Shown: positions 1 through 8,037 of the stretch, piece after piece
Numbering within the stretch: the first letter of the stretch is position 1
Layout: each line of letters begins with the position of its first letter
DNA from: Phycisphaera mikurensis NBRC 102666
GTDB taxonomy: Bacteria; Planctomycetota; Phycisphaerae; Phycisphaerales; Phycisphaeraceae
Assembly: GCF_000284115.1 (NCBI RefSeq)
Contig: NC_017080.1
Coordinates: 240,001-272,000, forward strand
Length of the DNA: 32,000 nt
Reading direction: 5' to 3'
Notes under the pieces: model-generated
The model's database searches: none
What the model saw: only the letters and a program-made list of their open reading frames with translations
What the model was told of the DNA's origin: nothing
Made by a program: the position numbers and the translations under genes

Positions 1-93
1 GGCTGGGGCCTGTGGGCCTTCGCCGGCAGCGTCCTCCTGTCGATGATCGCGGGCATGGTGCTGGCGAGCGTGCCGACGCGGAGCGCCTTCTGA
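1..93 (+). CDS. C-terminal end of a membrane protein whose start lies upstream of the window (partial)
   Basis: Frame 1 is open from base 1: GWGLWAFAGSVLLSMIAGMVLASVPTRSAF, with TGA at 91-93. Hydrophobic TM-like stretch and G/C-rich third positions. Absent from the ORF track because no start codon lies in the window. Confidence 0.4.
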   Translation, partial: GWGLWAFAGSVLLSMIAGMVLASVPTRSAF

Positions 94-252
94 CCCGATG
101 CGCCGGCCGGGCCGGCGGACCCGCCGCGTCTCGCGTGGCGCCGGCCGGCGCGAGGAGGCCGCTGGGCTCCACGGCCCCGGCCGGCTTGGTAGGTTGATCG
201 CCGGAGAAGCTGGCGTTGCAGCTCTCCCGCTTCTTGAACCCTGGAGGCCGCG

Positions 253-1047
253 ATGAGCTCTCGAACCCGCGTCGTTCTGCTGACTCTGTTTTCCGGGGCT
301 TGGGCCGCGAGCCCGGCCGGGGCCACGCCCGACTCGGGCTATGGCGTCCGCGTAGAGGCCGGCGGCTACGAGTCGCTGGACTTCGGCTTCACCGCCCTGC
401 CCGCCGTCGATGGCGGAGAGTTCACGGCCTTCGCCGAGGCGGATCGGGAGATCTTCGGGCTCCGCGGCGAAGCGACGGCCTTCTACGAGGAGGGCTTGGG
501 GTTCCTGCCGCGGCTGACCGCGTCGGCGGAGACCGTCGCGGCGCCCGGCGACCGGCTGGCGTCGGCGGCGACCGGCATCCAGGGGTTCCGCTTCGACGGG
601 CAGGGGCCCACCGAGCTGGTCATCGACTACCAGCTCAGCGGCGACGTCACGCAGGGCAGCAACGCCGAGTCCTTCATCGGGGCCGACGTCTTCGTCTACC
701 TCGGCTACGACGTGGCCTTCACCTCCCTGCTGAACCTGCGGACCGAGGAGGTCCCCGCCGAGGATCGGCTCGCGGAGTCCGTCCGGACGCTGACGGCTTC
801 GGGGTCCATCAGCGACCAGCTCCGCTTCCTCATCCTGCCCGGCGAGGACTTCTACGTGGCGGCCGAGCTCGTCGCCTCCGCCGAGCGTGGCGGGGTCGCC
901 GACGCCCGGAGCACCCTCACGCTCTCCTTCGAGGACACCACCGACTTGATCGCGGCCCTGCCGCTGAGCATCCCCGAGCCCGCCTCGGGCGCCGCGTTGC
1001 TGCTCGCCGGAGCCGGCCTGCTCCGCCGCCGCCAAGCGGAACGCTGA
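253..1047 (+). CDS. Secreted PEP-CTERM sorting-domain protein (function unknown)
   Basis: ATG start. N-terminal signal peptide MSSRTRVVLLTLFSGAWAASPAGA. C-terminus IPEPASGAALLLAGAGLLRRRQ = PEP motif + hydrophobic helix + Arg cluster (exosortase sorting signal). No other domain recognised. Confidence 0.8.
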   Translation: MSSRTRVVLLTLFSGAWAASPAGATPDSGYGVRVEAGGYESLDFGFTALPAVDGGEFTAFAEADREIFGLRGEATAFYEEGLGFLPRLTASAETVAAPGDRLASAATGIQGFRFDGQGPTELVIDYQLSGDVTQGSNAESFIGADVFVYLGYDVAFTSLLNLRTEEVPAEDRLAESVRTLTASGSISDQLRFLILPGEDFYVAAELVASAERGGVADARSTLTLSFEDTTDLIAALPLSIPEPASGAALLLAGAGLLRRRQAER

Positions 1048-1157
1048 GCCCGCTTCGACGGCTTGCGTGGCTCGGACCCGACCGGGCGGTCGCTCGGCTC
1101 CGTTACGCCTTCCCGCTCTCCGCGATCCAGCGGGGGACTGCCCCGGCGCCGCTGGAC

Positions 1158-1203
1158 CCGCGGACCGTCGCTCGTTTCGGCTGAAAGCGTCGGCGGTCCG
1201 CGG
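1158..1203. repeat. Bipartite palindromic element copy 1: CCGCGGACCG-N26-CGGTCCGCGG
   Basis: Exact 10-nt arms at 1158-1167 and 1194-1203. The 26-nt spacer contains an inner TTTC/GAAA mini-stem. Lies in the convergent gap, 4 nt after the stop codon (1208-1210) of the minus-strand transketolase-family gene. Possible bidirectional terminator hairpin, but there is no U-tract. Confidence 0.9.
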
Positions 1204-1207
1204 ATGC

Positions 1208-3172
1208 TCAGCCCATCAGCTTCCGGAAGCTCTTCTCGATGCCCTCGGGGTCGAGGCCCTGGAAGCCCATCTGGCGCCAGAGGCCGCCCGAGCCCTCGGC
1301 GTGGGTGCCGATGTGGTCGTAGCGGCCGGTGAAGCCGGCCTTCAGAAGCATCGAGCCGAAGCGGGAGCCCAGGCCGGTCTTGACGTTGAGCTCCTCGGCG
1401 ACGAGCACACGCGGGGCGGCGGCGAGCTTGCTCATCATCGCGTCGTCGGTGGTGTTGAGGCAGGCCTTGTTCACGAGGCCGACCTTCTTGCCATCTCCGC
1501 GGAGCGCCTCGACCGCGGCGAGGGCGCGGTGCAGGGTGGCGCCGAAGCTGACGATCACGCCGTCGGAGAAATCGTCGCGGATGGCGTCGTCGGTGCCCGG
1601 CTCGAAGGACCGGCCCGCGTAGAACCGCGAGCCGTCCTCGGCGAGGATCCACGGCAGCTTGCTGCGGTTGGAGAACACGAAGCGGAGGCCGACGTCGTCG
1701 AAGACCCGCTTCACGCAGGCTTCGAACTGGGCGGGGTCCCCGGGGAAGTAGAGACGCGTCGTGTCCGCGTGGCTGTCGGGGGAGTGGTCCGTGTCGGCGG
1801 GCGCCCCCGGGATGCCGCCGTCGGCGAAGAAGTGGTTGATGCCGAAGTGGCACGTGTTGTCGGCCATGTCGTCCACGCCGGAGTGGCTGAAGTGGCAGAG
1901 CACGTTGCTCTGGTTCAGCCGCGCCATCGTGATCTCGGAGATGCACATCTCCAGGAAGGCCGAGAAGGTGGAGAAGACCCCCTGCCGTCCCTCCTCCATG
2001 CCGAAGCCGGCCGCGGCGGAGAAGTTGCCCCGCTCCTGGATGCCGCCGGCGACGAACAGGTCGGGGAAGGCCTTGTGGATCGTCGCCAGCCCGGTGGAGC
2101 CCTCCAAGTCGCAGTCGAAGACGCGGACGGTGGTGCGGCGGTCGGGCTCGGGGATGCCGTTGATGATGTCGACCATCACGTCGCCGAACAGGGCGCGGTT
2201 GGCTTTCACCTCCTCGCTGGAGCCGGCGTACCGGGGCTTGCTGTCGACCTTGGGGGCCTGCCCGAGCATCTCGATGGCCGCCTTGCAGCCGGCGGCGTCG
2301 CCGCGGGTCTCGAGGTAGGCGACCGCGGCGTCCTTGCTGAAGACGTCGTGCCCATGGGTGGTGCCCTCGACACCGGGGACGCCGGGGGCCATCGGCCGCT
2401 TGCAGATGACGGCGGTCGGGCCGTCGGAGGTGGCGGCGGCGCAGACCTGCGCGAACAGCGCGTCGAGGTCCTCGGCCTGCACGGTCTCGACGGGGAGGCC
2501 GTGGCCGGCGAGCGTCTTGCCGACGTCGAAGCCCTCCATGTAGTTGCTGGGGTGGCCGGCGATCGTGACGTCGTTGTCGTCGATCAGCAGCTTCACGTTG
2601 AGGCGCTGCGCGACGGCGAGGCGCGCGGCCTCGGCGTCGTCGCCCTCCTGCTGGCTGCCGTCGCTGCCGAGCATGAAGACCGCCTGGTCGGGGTGGGCCA
2701 TCGCCACGCCGTTCACGAAGGGCCAGATGTGGCCGAGGCGCCCGCCGGAGAACTTGACGCCGGGCGTGAAGCCGCGCTCGGGGTGGCCGGGCAGCTTCTC
2801 CATGTACTCGCGGTAGTGCAGCAGCTTCTCGGCGGGCATCGCGCCCTCGAGCACCGAGAGCAGGTACTGCGTGGCGACGCGGTGGCCGGCCTCGTCGAAC
2901 ACGATCGGGACGATCGGCGTGCCGCCGCCGTCCTCGGCGTGCTTCATGAGCGCCTTGACGATGACGACCTCGGGCACGGTGTCGTACGGGCCGCCGGAGT
3001 GGCCGGAGAGCCCGCGGGCGCCGGCGTAGGCCGTGAAGAACACGATGACGTCGCGGCAGAGCTCGATGTTGTGGCGGAGATCGGCCCGCTGGTCGTCGGT
3101 CAGCGTCGGCCGCTTCGGGTCGAGGGCGACGTGGCGGTACGTGGAGAGGTCGAAGGGGAAGGTCTGGGGCAT
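1208..3172 (-). CDS. Transketolase-family thiamine-diphosphate enzyme (~654 aa)
   Basis: Track ORF 1208..3334 trimmed to the internal ATG at 3172 (MPQTFPFDLSTYRH...); the 54 upstream codons are Arg/Pro-rich junk. TPP-enzyme signatures GHSGGPYD and GSDGSQQEGDD...LLIDDNDVTIAG, followed by pyrimidine-binding-like and C-terminal transketolase-like regions. Confidence 0.88.
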   Translation of the reverse strand: MPQTFPFDLSTYRHVALDPKRPTLTDDQRADLRHNIELCRDVIVFFTAYAGARGLSGHSGGPYDTVPEVVIVKALMKHAEDGGGTPIVPIVFDEAGHRVATQYLLSVLEGAMPAEKLLHYREYMEKLPGHPERGFTPGVKFSGGRLGHIWPFVNGVAMAHPDQAVFMLGSDGSQQEGDDAEAARLAVAQRLNVKLLIDDNDVTIAGHPSNYMEGFDVGKTLAGHGLPVETVQAEDLDALFAQVCAAATSDGPTAVICKRPMAPGVPGVEGTTHGHDVFSKDAAVAYLETRGDAAGCKAAIEMLGQAPKVDSKPRYAGSSEEVKANRALFGDVMVDIINGIPEPDRRTTVRVFDCDLEGSTGLATIHKAFPDLFVAGGIQERGNFSAAAGFGMEEGRQGVFSTFSAFLEMCISEITMARLNQSNVLCHFSHSGVDDMADNTCHFGINHFFADGGIPGAPADTDHSPDSHADTTRLYFPGDPAQFEACVKRVFDDVGLRFVFSNRSKLPWILAEDGSRFYAGRSFEPGTDDAIRDDFSDGVIVSFGATLHRALAAVEALRGDGKKVGLVNKACLNTTDDAMMSKLAAAPRVLVAEELNVKTGLGSRFGSMLLKAGFTGRYDHIGTHAEGSGGLWRQMGFQGLDPEGIEKSFRKLMG

Positions 3173-3270
3173 CGGAAGGCTTCGGGGCGTGGAATCGGCG
3201 GTCCGTCGCCGCGCTCGCAGCGGCTGGGCGGGCGAGCTTATCGGCCGTCGGCCGGGCCTCCCCGGGCGCC

Positions 3271-3963
3271 TCAGCCGCCGAGCGCCCGACGCAACGCCGA
3301 CTCCGCGGCGGGGTTCCGCTTCCACCGGTCCCACCGCAACCCGGCCGCGCCGGCCGCCGGGCCGGCGCCTCCGGGCCGCGTGGCGGAGAAGAAGCCCTCT
3401 GGCGGCCGGCTCTCGCCGGTTGGGGGCGTGTCGCCGCCGGGGAGCGGATCGGATGCGTCGCCACGATCGCGGGCGGCGGAGCCCGCGTCGTTGAAGACGC
3501 CCCCGCTGGAGCGGATCACCAGGCGGCGCGACGGCCGCCGCGCCCGCTCCGTCCAGACCTCGATCGCGGGCCGCGGCCCCGCGGACAGGTCGATGGTCGC
3601 GACGTCGCGGAGCTCGCCGAGCGTGCCGGCGGCGGCGAGGGCCACCCCCCCGCCGCCCCGCCGCAGCGGCTCGAGCAGCGTGGGCACGGGGCGGGGCCGC
3701 GACCGCACCAGGCTCTCGCCGCGGTGATCGACGCGCCAGCCCGCCGCCCGCATGGCCGCCGCGGCCCGATCGACCGCGGCCGAGCCCGGGGCGCCGGCGT
3801 CGCCGGATCGCTCCGCCGGAGCGGGGGGCTCCGGGGGTGCCGCGGGGCGGGCGTCCGCCGCCGTGCAGCCGGCGACCGGCAGACCCAATCCCGTCGCGGC
3901 CAGGCCGCAGGCGAGCAGGACCGGCCGGAGCGGGAGCGGGAGGCGACGCGGCGTGGGCAGCAC
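3271..3963 (-). CDS. Hypothetical lipoprotein (~230 aa)
   Basis: This is the 3' 693 nt of track ORF 3271..5898. In-frame GTG at 3963 gives VLPTPRRLPLPLRPVLLACGLAATGLGLPVAGC-TAAD: basic n-region, hydrophobic core, lipobox VAGC. Third codon positions are almost all G/C. No domain recognised; exact start uncertain. Confidence 0.6.
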   Translation of the reverse strand: MLPTPRRLPLPLRPVLLACGLAATGLGLPVAGCTAADARPAAPPEPPAPAERSGDAGAPGSAAVDRAAAAMRAAGWRVDHRGESLVRSRPRPVPTLLEPLRRGGGGVALAAAGTLGELRDVATIDLSAGPRPAIEVWTERARRPSRRLVIRSSGGVFNDAGSAARDRGDASDPLPGGDTPPTGESRPPEGFFSATRPGGAGPAAGAAGLRWDRWKRNPAAESALRRALGG

Positions 3964-4029
3964 GCGAGGAGGGTAATCGTCCCGCCCGCTCGGCCCGCCG
4001 GCGGGTGAATCCGCGGCGGCATCCCGCCG

Positions 4030-5706
4030 ATGCCGCCGCCGATGACGCCCAACGCCCCGCCGCCGCCGATCGCCACCGGCACCCCCGGCACGAACCACCG
4101 GCCGGGCACGCTGCGCCGGCGGCTCATCGGGTCGGCGCTCGGCGGCCTGCTGGTGGCCATGCTGGCGCTGGGCCTGACGGCCTACCTCCTGCTGACCGCG
4201 GCGGTGCTCGACCGGGAAGCGGCCGCCTCCGCCTCCGCGGCGGCGTTGATCGAGCGGTCGGTCTCGGAGGCTCCACCGCAGGAGCGGGCGGCGGTGCTGC
4301 GGCGGCTCGCGGCCGCCGCGGGGATCGAGCGGCTCGCCCTCCGCCGCGGCGACCACGCGCTGTTCGAGTCGGGTGTGACCGAGGAGCCGCCCGCTGGGCT
4401 CGGGCGCCTCCTCTCGGCGGCCACCCTGGCCGAGCCGTTGCACCTGATCCGGCTCCCCGTCCTGCCGCCCGCCGGCGGTCCGCGGGCCGCCGGCGGCGTC
4501 GTGCCCGAGCTGGAGGTCGGCGTGCGTTCCACGCAGCACGCGGCCACGCTGAAGCGCCTGGGCCTGCGGCTGGTCGCGGCGATGGCCTGCGTCTTCGCGG
4601 CCGTCGGCCTCGTCGTCGTGGTGCTGATGATCCGCCTCACCGCCCCGCTGCCGACGCTCCGCTCCGCGGTTCTGCGGGCCCGGCAGGCGGGGCGGACCGG
4701 CTCGGTGGAGCCCGTCCCGGCACCCCGCGGCCGGCAGCGCCACGGCGAGATCGAGGCGCTCTGCCGCGTCGTCGACGCGATGGGGGCGGACATCGCCGAC
4801 GCCCGCCAGCGCATCGTGAACGCCAACGAGGAGCTCAGCCAGCAAGTGAAAGCCCGCACCGCGGAGCTGAGCCAGGCGAACCGCCAGCTCGAGCTCGAAG
4901 CGGAAGACAAGAACCACTTCCTCCGCGCGGTCAGCCACGACCTCAACGCCCCGCTCCGCAACATCGACGGCCTCTCGCGGCTGCTCATGAGCAAGCACGC
5001 CGCGGAGCTCTCCGAAGGGGCCGCGTCCCGCCTCGAGCGGATCTGCATCAACGTCAAGCAGCAGCACGAGCTCATCAGCGACCTCCTCGAGCTCTCCAAG
5101 CTGCGGACCAAGGCCCACCGCCCGACGATCCTCCGGCTCGGCGAGCTGGTCGACGAGGTCGCCAAGGGCCTCGGCTTCGACCTGGAGACGGCGCGGATCG
5201 GCTTCGAGATGCGGGGCGAGTGGCCGGTGATCCACGCGGAGCGGAACCGCATGCGGCAGGTGTTCCAGAACCTGATCGACAACGCGATCAAGTACATGAT
5301 GGACAGCACCGAGCGGCGGATCACGGTGGGGGTCGTCCGCGAGCACGACTTCGAGGCGGACGTCTTCAAAGGGGTCGACAGCTACCGCTTCACCGTCGCC
5401 GACACGGGGCGGGGCATCGCGGCGGAGGACCTCCACACCGTCTACCGGGTCTTTGCGCGGGCGATCCATTCCGGAACGCACGCGGTGCCGGGCCGCGGCG
5501 TCGGCCTCGCGAGCGTCGAGGCGATCGTGCGGGGCTACGGCGGCCGCGTCGGCGTGGAGAGCACCCTGGGGTCCGGCTCGCGCTTCTGGTTCACGCTCCC
5601 GGTGGCCGCCGTCGCGTCGAATCCGGCCGCGGGCGCCGAGGCCACGTCCGCGGAGCCGGAGCCGCCCAAGACGCCCGGCTCGGCCGCTCCGCGGGTCGCG
5701 GCTTGA
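4030..5706 (+). CDS. Membrane sensor histidine kinase (2 TM, linker/coiled coil, HisKA, HATPase_c)
   Basis: TM segments LIGSALGGLLVAMLALGLTAYLLLTAAV and LVAAMACVFAAVGLVVVVLMI. H-box FLRAVSHDLNAPLRNI. N-box QVFQNLIDNAIKY. G-boxes DTGRGI and GRGVGLA. Confidence 0.92.
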   Translation: MPPPMTPNAPPPPIATGTPGTNHRPGTLRRRLIGSALGGLLVAMLALGLTAYLLLTAAVLDREAAASASAAALIERSVSEAPPQERAAVLRRLAAAAGIERLALRRGDHALFESGVTEEPPAGLGRLLSAATLAEPLHLIRLPVLPPAGGPRAAGGVVPELEVGVRSTQHAATLKRLGLRLVAAMACVFAAVGLVVVVLMIRLTAPLPTLRSAVLRARQAGRTGSVEPVPAPRGRQRHGEIEALCRVVDAMGADIADARQRIVNANEELSQQVKARTAELSQANRQLELEAEDKNHFLRAVSHDLNAPLRNIDGLSRLLMSKHAAELSEGAASRLERICINVKQQHELISDLLELSKLRTKAHRPTILRLGELVDEVAKGLGFDLETARIGFEMRGEWPVIHAERNRMRQVFQNLIDNAIKYMMDSTERRITVGVVREHDFEADVFKGVDSYRFTVADTGRGIAAEDLHTVYRVFARAIHSGTHAVPGRGVGLASVEAIVRGYGGRVGVESTLGSGSRFWFTLPVAAVASNPAAGAEATSAEPEPPKTPGSAAPRVAA

Positions 5707-5821
5707 GGCGGCCGGGCCGTCGGCACCCGCTCCGGCCGGCCCGCCGGGCCCGGGCACGCGTCGCGCCCGGCGGGTGCCGGGCCGCTGGATCGCCGGCCCG
5801 ATCCACCCGATCTCTCCTCCC

Positions 5822-6853
5822 GTGGAGTCCACCCCGCCCGCCAACGCCGTCGCAAGTCCCTCCCCCCGGCTCCTCCTCATTGAGGACGATCCCGACACCG
5901 CGGACCTGATCCTCGAAACCGTTCAGGATTACTTCGGACGCGGCTGCTGCGACCACGCCCCCGACGCCGCCGCGGCACGCGCGGCGGACATCGACGGCTT
6001 CGACCTGGTGCTCTCGGACATGAACCTGCCGGACGGCACCGGCCTGGAGGTGATGGACTCGCTGCTCGAGCGGAGGCCCGACCTCCCGATCGTTTTCGTG
6101 ACGGGCGAGAACATCCTCGGCAACGCCGTGGCCGCCGTGAAGAAGGGTGCGTACGACTACGTGGTGAAGGCGGGCGACTACCTCTTCACCATCCCGGTGG
6201 TGGTGGAGAAGAACCTCGAGCTCTGGCGGATCAAGCAGGACAACCAGCGCATGGCCCGGGAGCTCGCCGAGATGCTCGGGGCGGTGCAGCAGAAGAACCG
6301 GCAGCTGGAGGAGGCGGTGGCCCGGGCGGAGACGCTGGCCGCGACCGACCCGCTCACCGGCCTCGCCAACCGGCGCTCCCTCAACAAGAGCCTTAGCCAA
6401 CGCTTCGCCGAGACGAAGCGCAGCGGCGGCGACCTGGCGGTGCTGATGATGGACCTCGACGGCTTCAAGGGCCTCAACGACCATGCCGGCCACCCCGCCG
6501 GAGACCGGATGCTCGTCGCCGCGGCGCGGGCGATCGAAGCGAACTGCCGGCACTCCGACGTCGCGGGCCGCTTCGGGGGCGATGAGTTCGTCGTCGTGCT
6601 GCCGTCGACGGGCCTGGACCTCGCGCGCGGCGTTGCCGAGCGGATCCGCGAGGATTTCGAGGCGTCGGCCCGCGGTGCCTGCCGCGAGGTGGGCTACCCC
6701 GACTCGGTCAGCATGTCCGCGGGGCTCGCGACGCTGCGGGGCAGCGACAGCCGGAGCGTCGAGCAGCTGGTGGCCCACGCCGACGCGGCGTTGTACGCCG
6801 CGAAAGCGGCCGGGAAACGCCGCCTGGAGATCTACACGCGCGAAGCCGCGTGA
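5822..6853 (+). CDS. Response regulator with REC and GGDEF (diguanylate cyclase) domains
   Basis: Track ORF 5453..6853 overlaps the kinase, so it is trimmed to the in-frame GTG at 5822 (start uncertain). REC: LLLIEDDPD...LVLSDMNLPDGTG...KKGAYDYVVK. Coiled-coil linker. Intact GGDEF motif with an RxxD I-site five residues upstream (RHSD-VAGRF-GGDEF). Confidence 0.9.
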   Translation: MESTPPANAVASPSPRLLLIEDDPDTADLILETVQDYFGRGCCDHAPDAAAARAADIDGFDLVLSDMNLPDGTGLEVMDSLLERRPDLPIVFVTGENILGNAVAAVKKGAYDYVVKAGDYLFTIPVVVEKNLELWRIKQDNQRMARELAEMLGAVQQKNRQLEEAVARAETLAATDPLTGLANRRSLNKSLSQRFAETKRSGGDLAVLMMDLDGFKGLNDHAGHPAGDRMLVAAARAIEANCRHSDVAGRFGGDEFVVVLPSTGLDLARGVAERIREDFEASARGACREVGYPDSVSMSAGLATLRGSDSRSVEQLVAHADAALYAAKAAGKRRLEIYTREAA

Positions 6854-7151
6854 ACGTTGTTCACGAATTATCGGACGGGTCCGGTTTGCCGCGGCCCGAT
6901 GTGTGTTGCGAACGGGCGGCGGCACCGGTGGGCTGCCCGGAAGCGTGCACGGCACGCTGGCTCGAACGGGCGGTGAGTGTGTCCATTGATGGCTCCACGC
7001 GTGGTGGTCGCGTCCTCCGCTCCGCCCGCACAAGCTGCGGGCAAGCGGTCGGAGAGGTGAGGCGGAAGCCGTCGACCCCGCGCGACCGTTCGGCGTGGAG
7101 GAACGCCCGCGGCGTGCGTCTGCCGCTTCGCGTGTGCCGCACCAACCGGCG

Positions 7152-7167
7152 GGTTCCACGTGGAACC
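7152..7167. other. parS-type centromere site, perfect 16-bp palindrome GGTTCCACGTGGAACC
   Basis: Matches canonical parS TGTTNCACGTGNAACA at the 14 inner positions. Lies in non-coding DNA, 870 bp from a second copy and near parB. Confidence 0.75.
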
Positions 7168-7938
7168 GTTCCGCCGATGCGATGCCTTCCGCTCGGCGGC
7201 GTGCTCGCCGGTGGAGGGGCGGCGGGCGGCTGGGATCCCGGCCGCCGCTTCGCCCGGCGGGGAGCGGGACCGGATCCCGCGACTCCCGCCTGAACCAGCG
7301 GGTGGACGGACAAGCTCCGGAGGTGAGGATGGCGGAGGACGCGGTCGCTGGCGTTGGGCCTGCAGAGCGCTTCCCAAGCGGCCGGTGCGGAACGTCCGAT
7401 CGCCGCGACGCCCCTCGGGTCCGGAGGCTGCGGCGTCGGCGCGGTCCCGGATGCCGCCGCCGAGCCCGGTGGACCTCCACGGATCCGCGGTCGGCCGGCG
7501 GCCCCGGGTGCCAGCAAGGCCGACGACGCACCCGACGGCTTGCCGGCTGCCGTCGCTCCTCCGGGGGGCGAGGTGACTCCGCTCCCGCGGCAAGAGGCTG
7601 CGCGGGTGCGGACGCCTGCTCGACCCCGTGCCGTCCGCATCAGCGGAGACGGCACGCACCCGACCCGCCCTGCTCCTACGCCGATCGCGCGGCGGGGAGC
7701 CGTCGCGTGGGAGCGGTGCGAGGAGCCCCATCGGCCTTGCAGCTTCACGACACGCGGTGCGTCGGGTGACGCTGAGGCAGCAGGCTGGTGGGTTCCCGCG
7801 TCCGAACCCGCCGAGCAGCCCTCCACATCCTGGAAACGGGTCGATTGACGCCGGCGAAGCACCGCTCCGGTGTCAACGACTCAAACGTCGGGAGCGGGCC
7901 GCTCCTGAGTGTCGCTGCCGCGGCAGGCCGGTCCGGGC

Positions 7939-7962
7939 GGGCGGTCGGGCGGTCGGGCGGTC
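7939..7962. repeat. Short tandem repeat (GGGCGGTC)x3
   Basis: Three exact head-to-tail 8-mers at 7939-7946, 7947-7954 and 7955-7962, inside the non-coding gap. Confidence 0.9.
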
Positions 7963-8021
7963 ACCTCGAAGGATGCCGCGTGTCGGCCGCCCGAGACGAC
8001 GCGGACCGCCCGCCCCCCACA

Positions 8022-8037
8022 CGTTCCACGTGGAACC
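8022..8037. other. parS-type site CGTTCCACGTGGAACC
   Basis: 14-bp perfect palindrome GTTCCACGTGGAAC, directly abutting the parB stop codon (8038-8040). Confidence 0.75.

Noticed and set aside
852-3727. Track ORFs 852..3464 (-, 870 aa) and 1067..3727 (+, 886 aa) overlapping the transketolase-family gene
   Set aside because: Their translations are Arg/Pro/Gly/Ala-rich low-complexity with no motifs. They are shadow frames of a clearly homologous gene (1208..3172) in very GC-rich DNA.
4476-4485. Lone CGGTCCGCGG half-sites at 4476-4485 and 12377-12386 (also 9/10 matches at 7999-8008 and 24523-24532)
   Set aside because: No partner arm lies 26 nt away, and nearly all sit inside coding sequence (7999-8008 is in the non-coding gap). 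Their number is consistent with background for this composition, so they are not counted as element copies.
3964-5898. The upstream 645 codons of track ORF 3271..5898 (-), plus ORFs 3837..5909 (+) and 4182..5369 (-)
   Set aside because: These are antisense or out of frame to the well-supported histidine kinase. Only the last 693 nt (3271..3963), with a lipoprotein signal and very high GC3, are kept.
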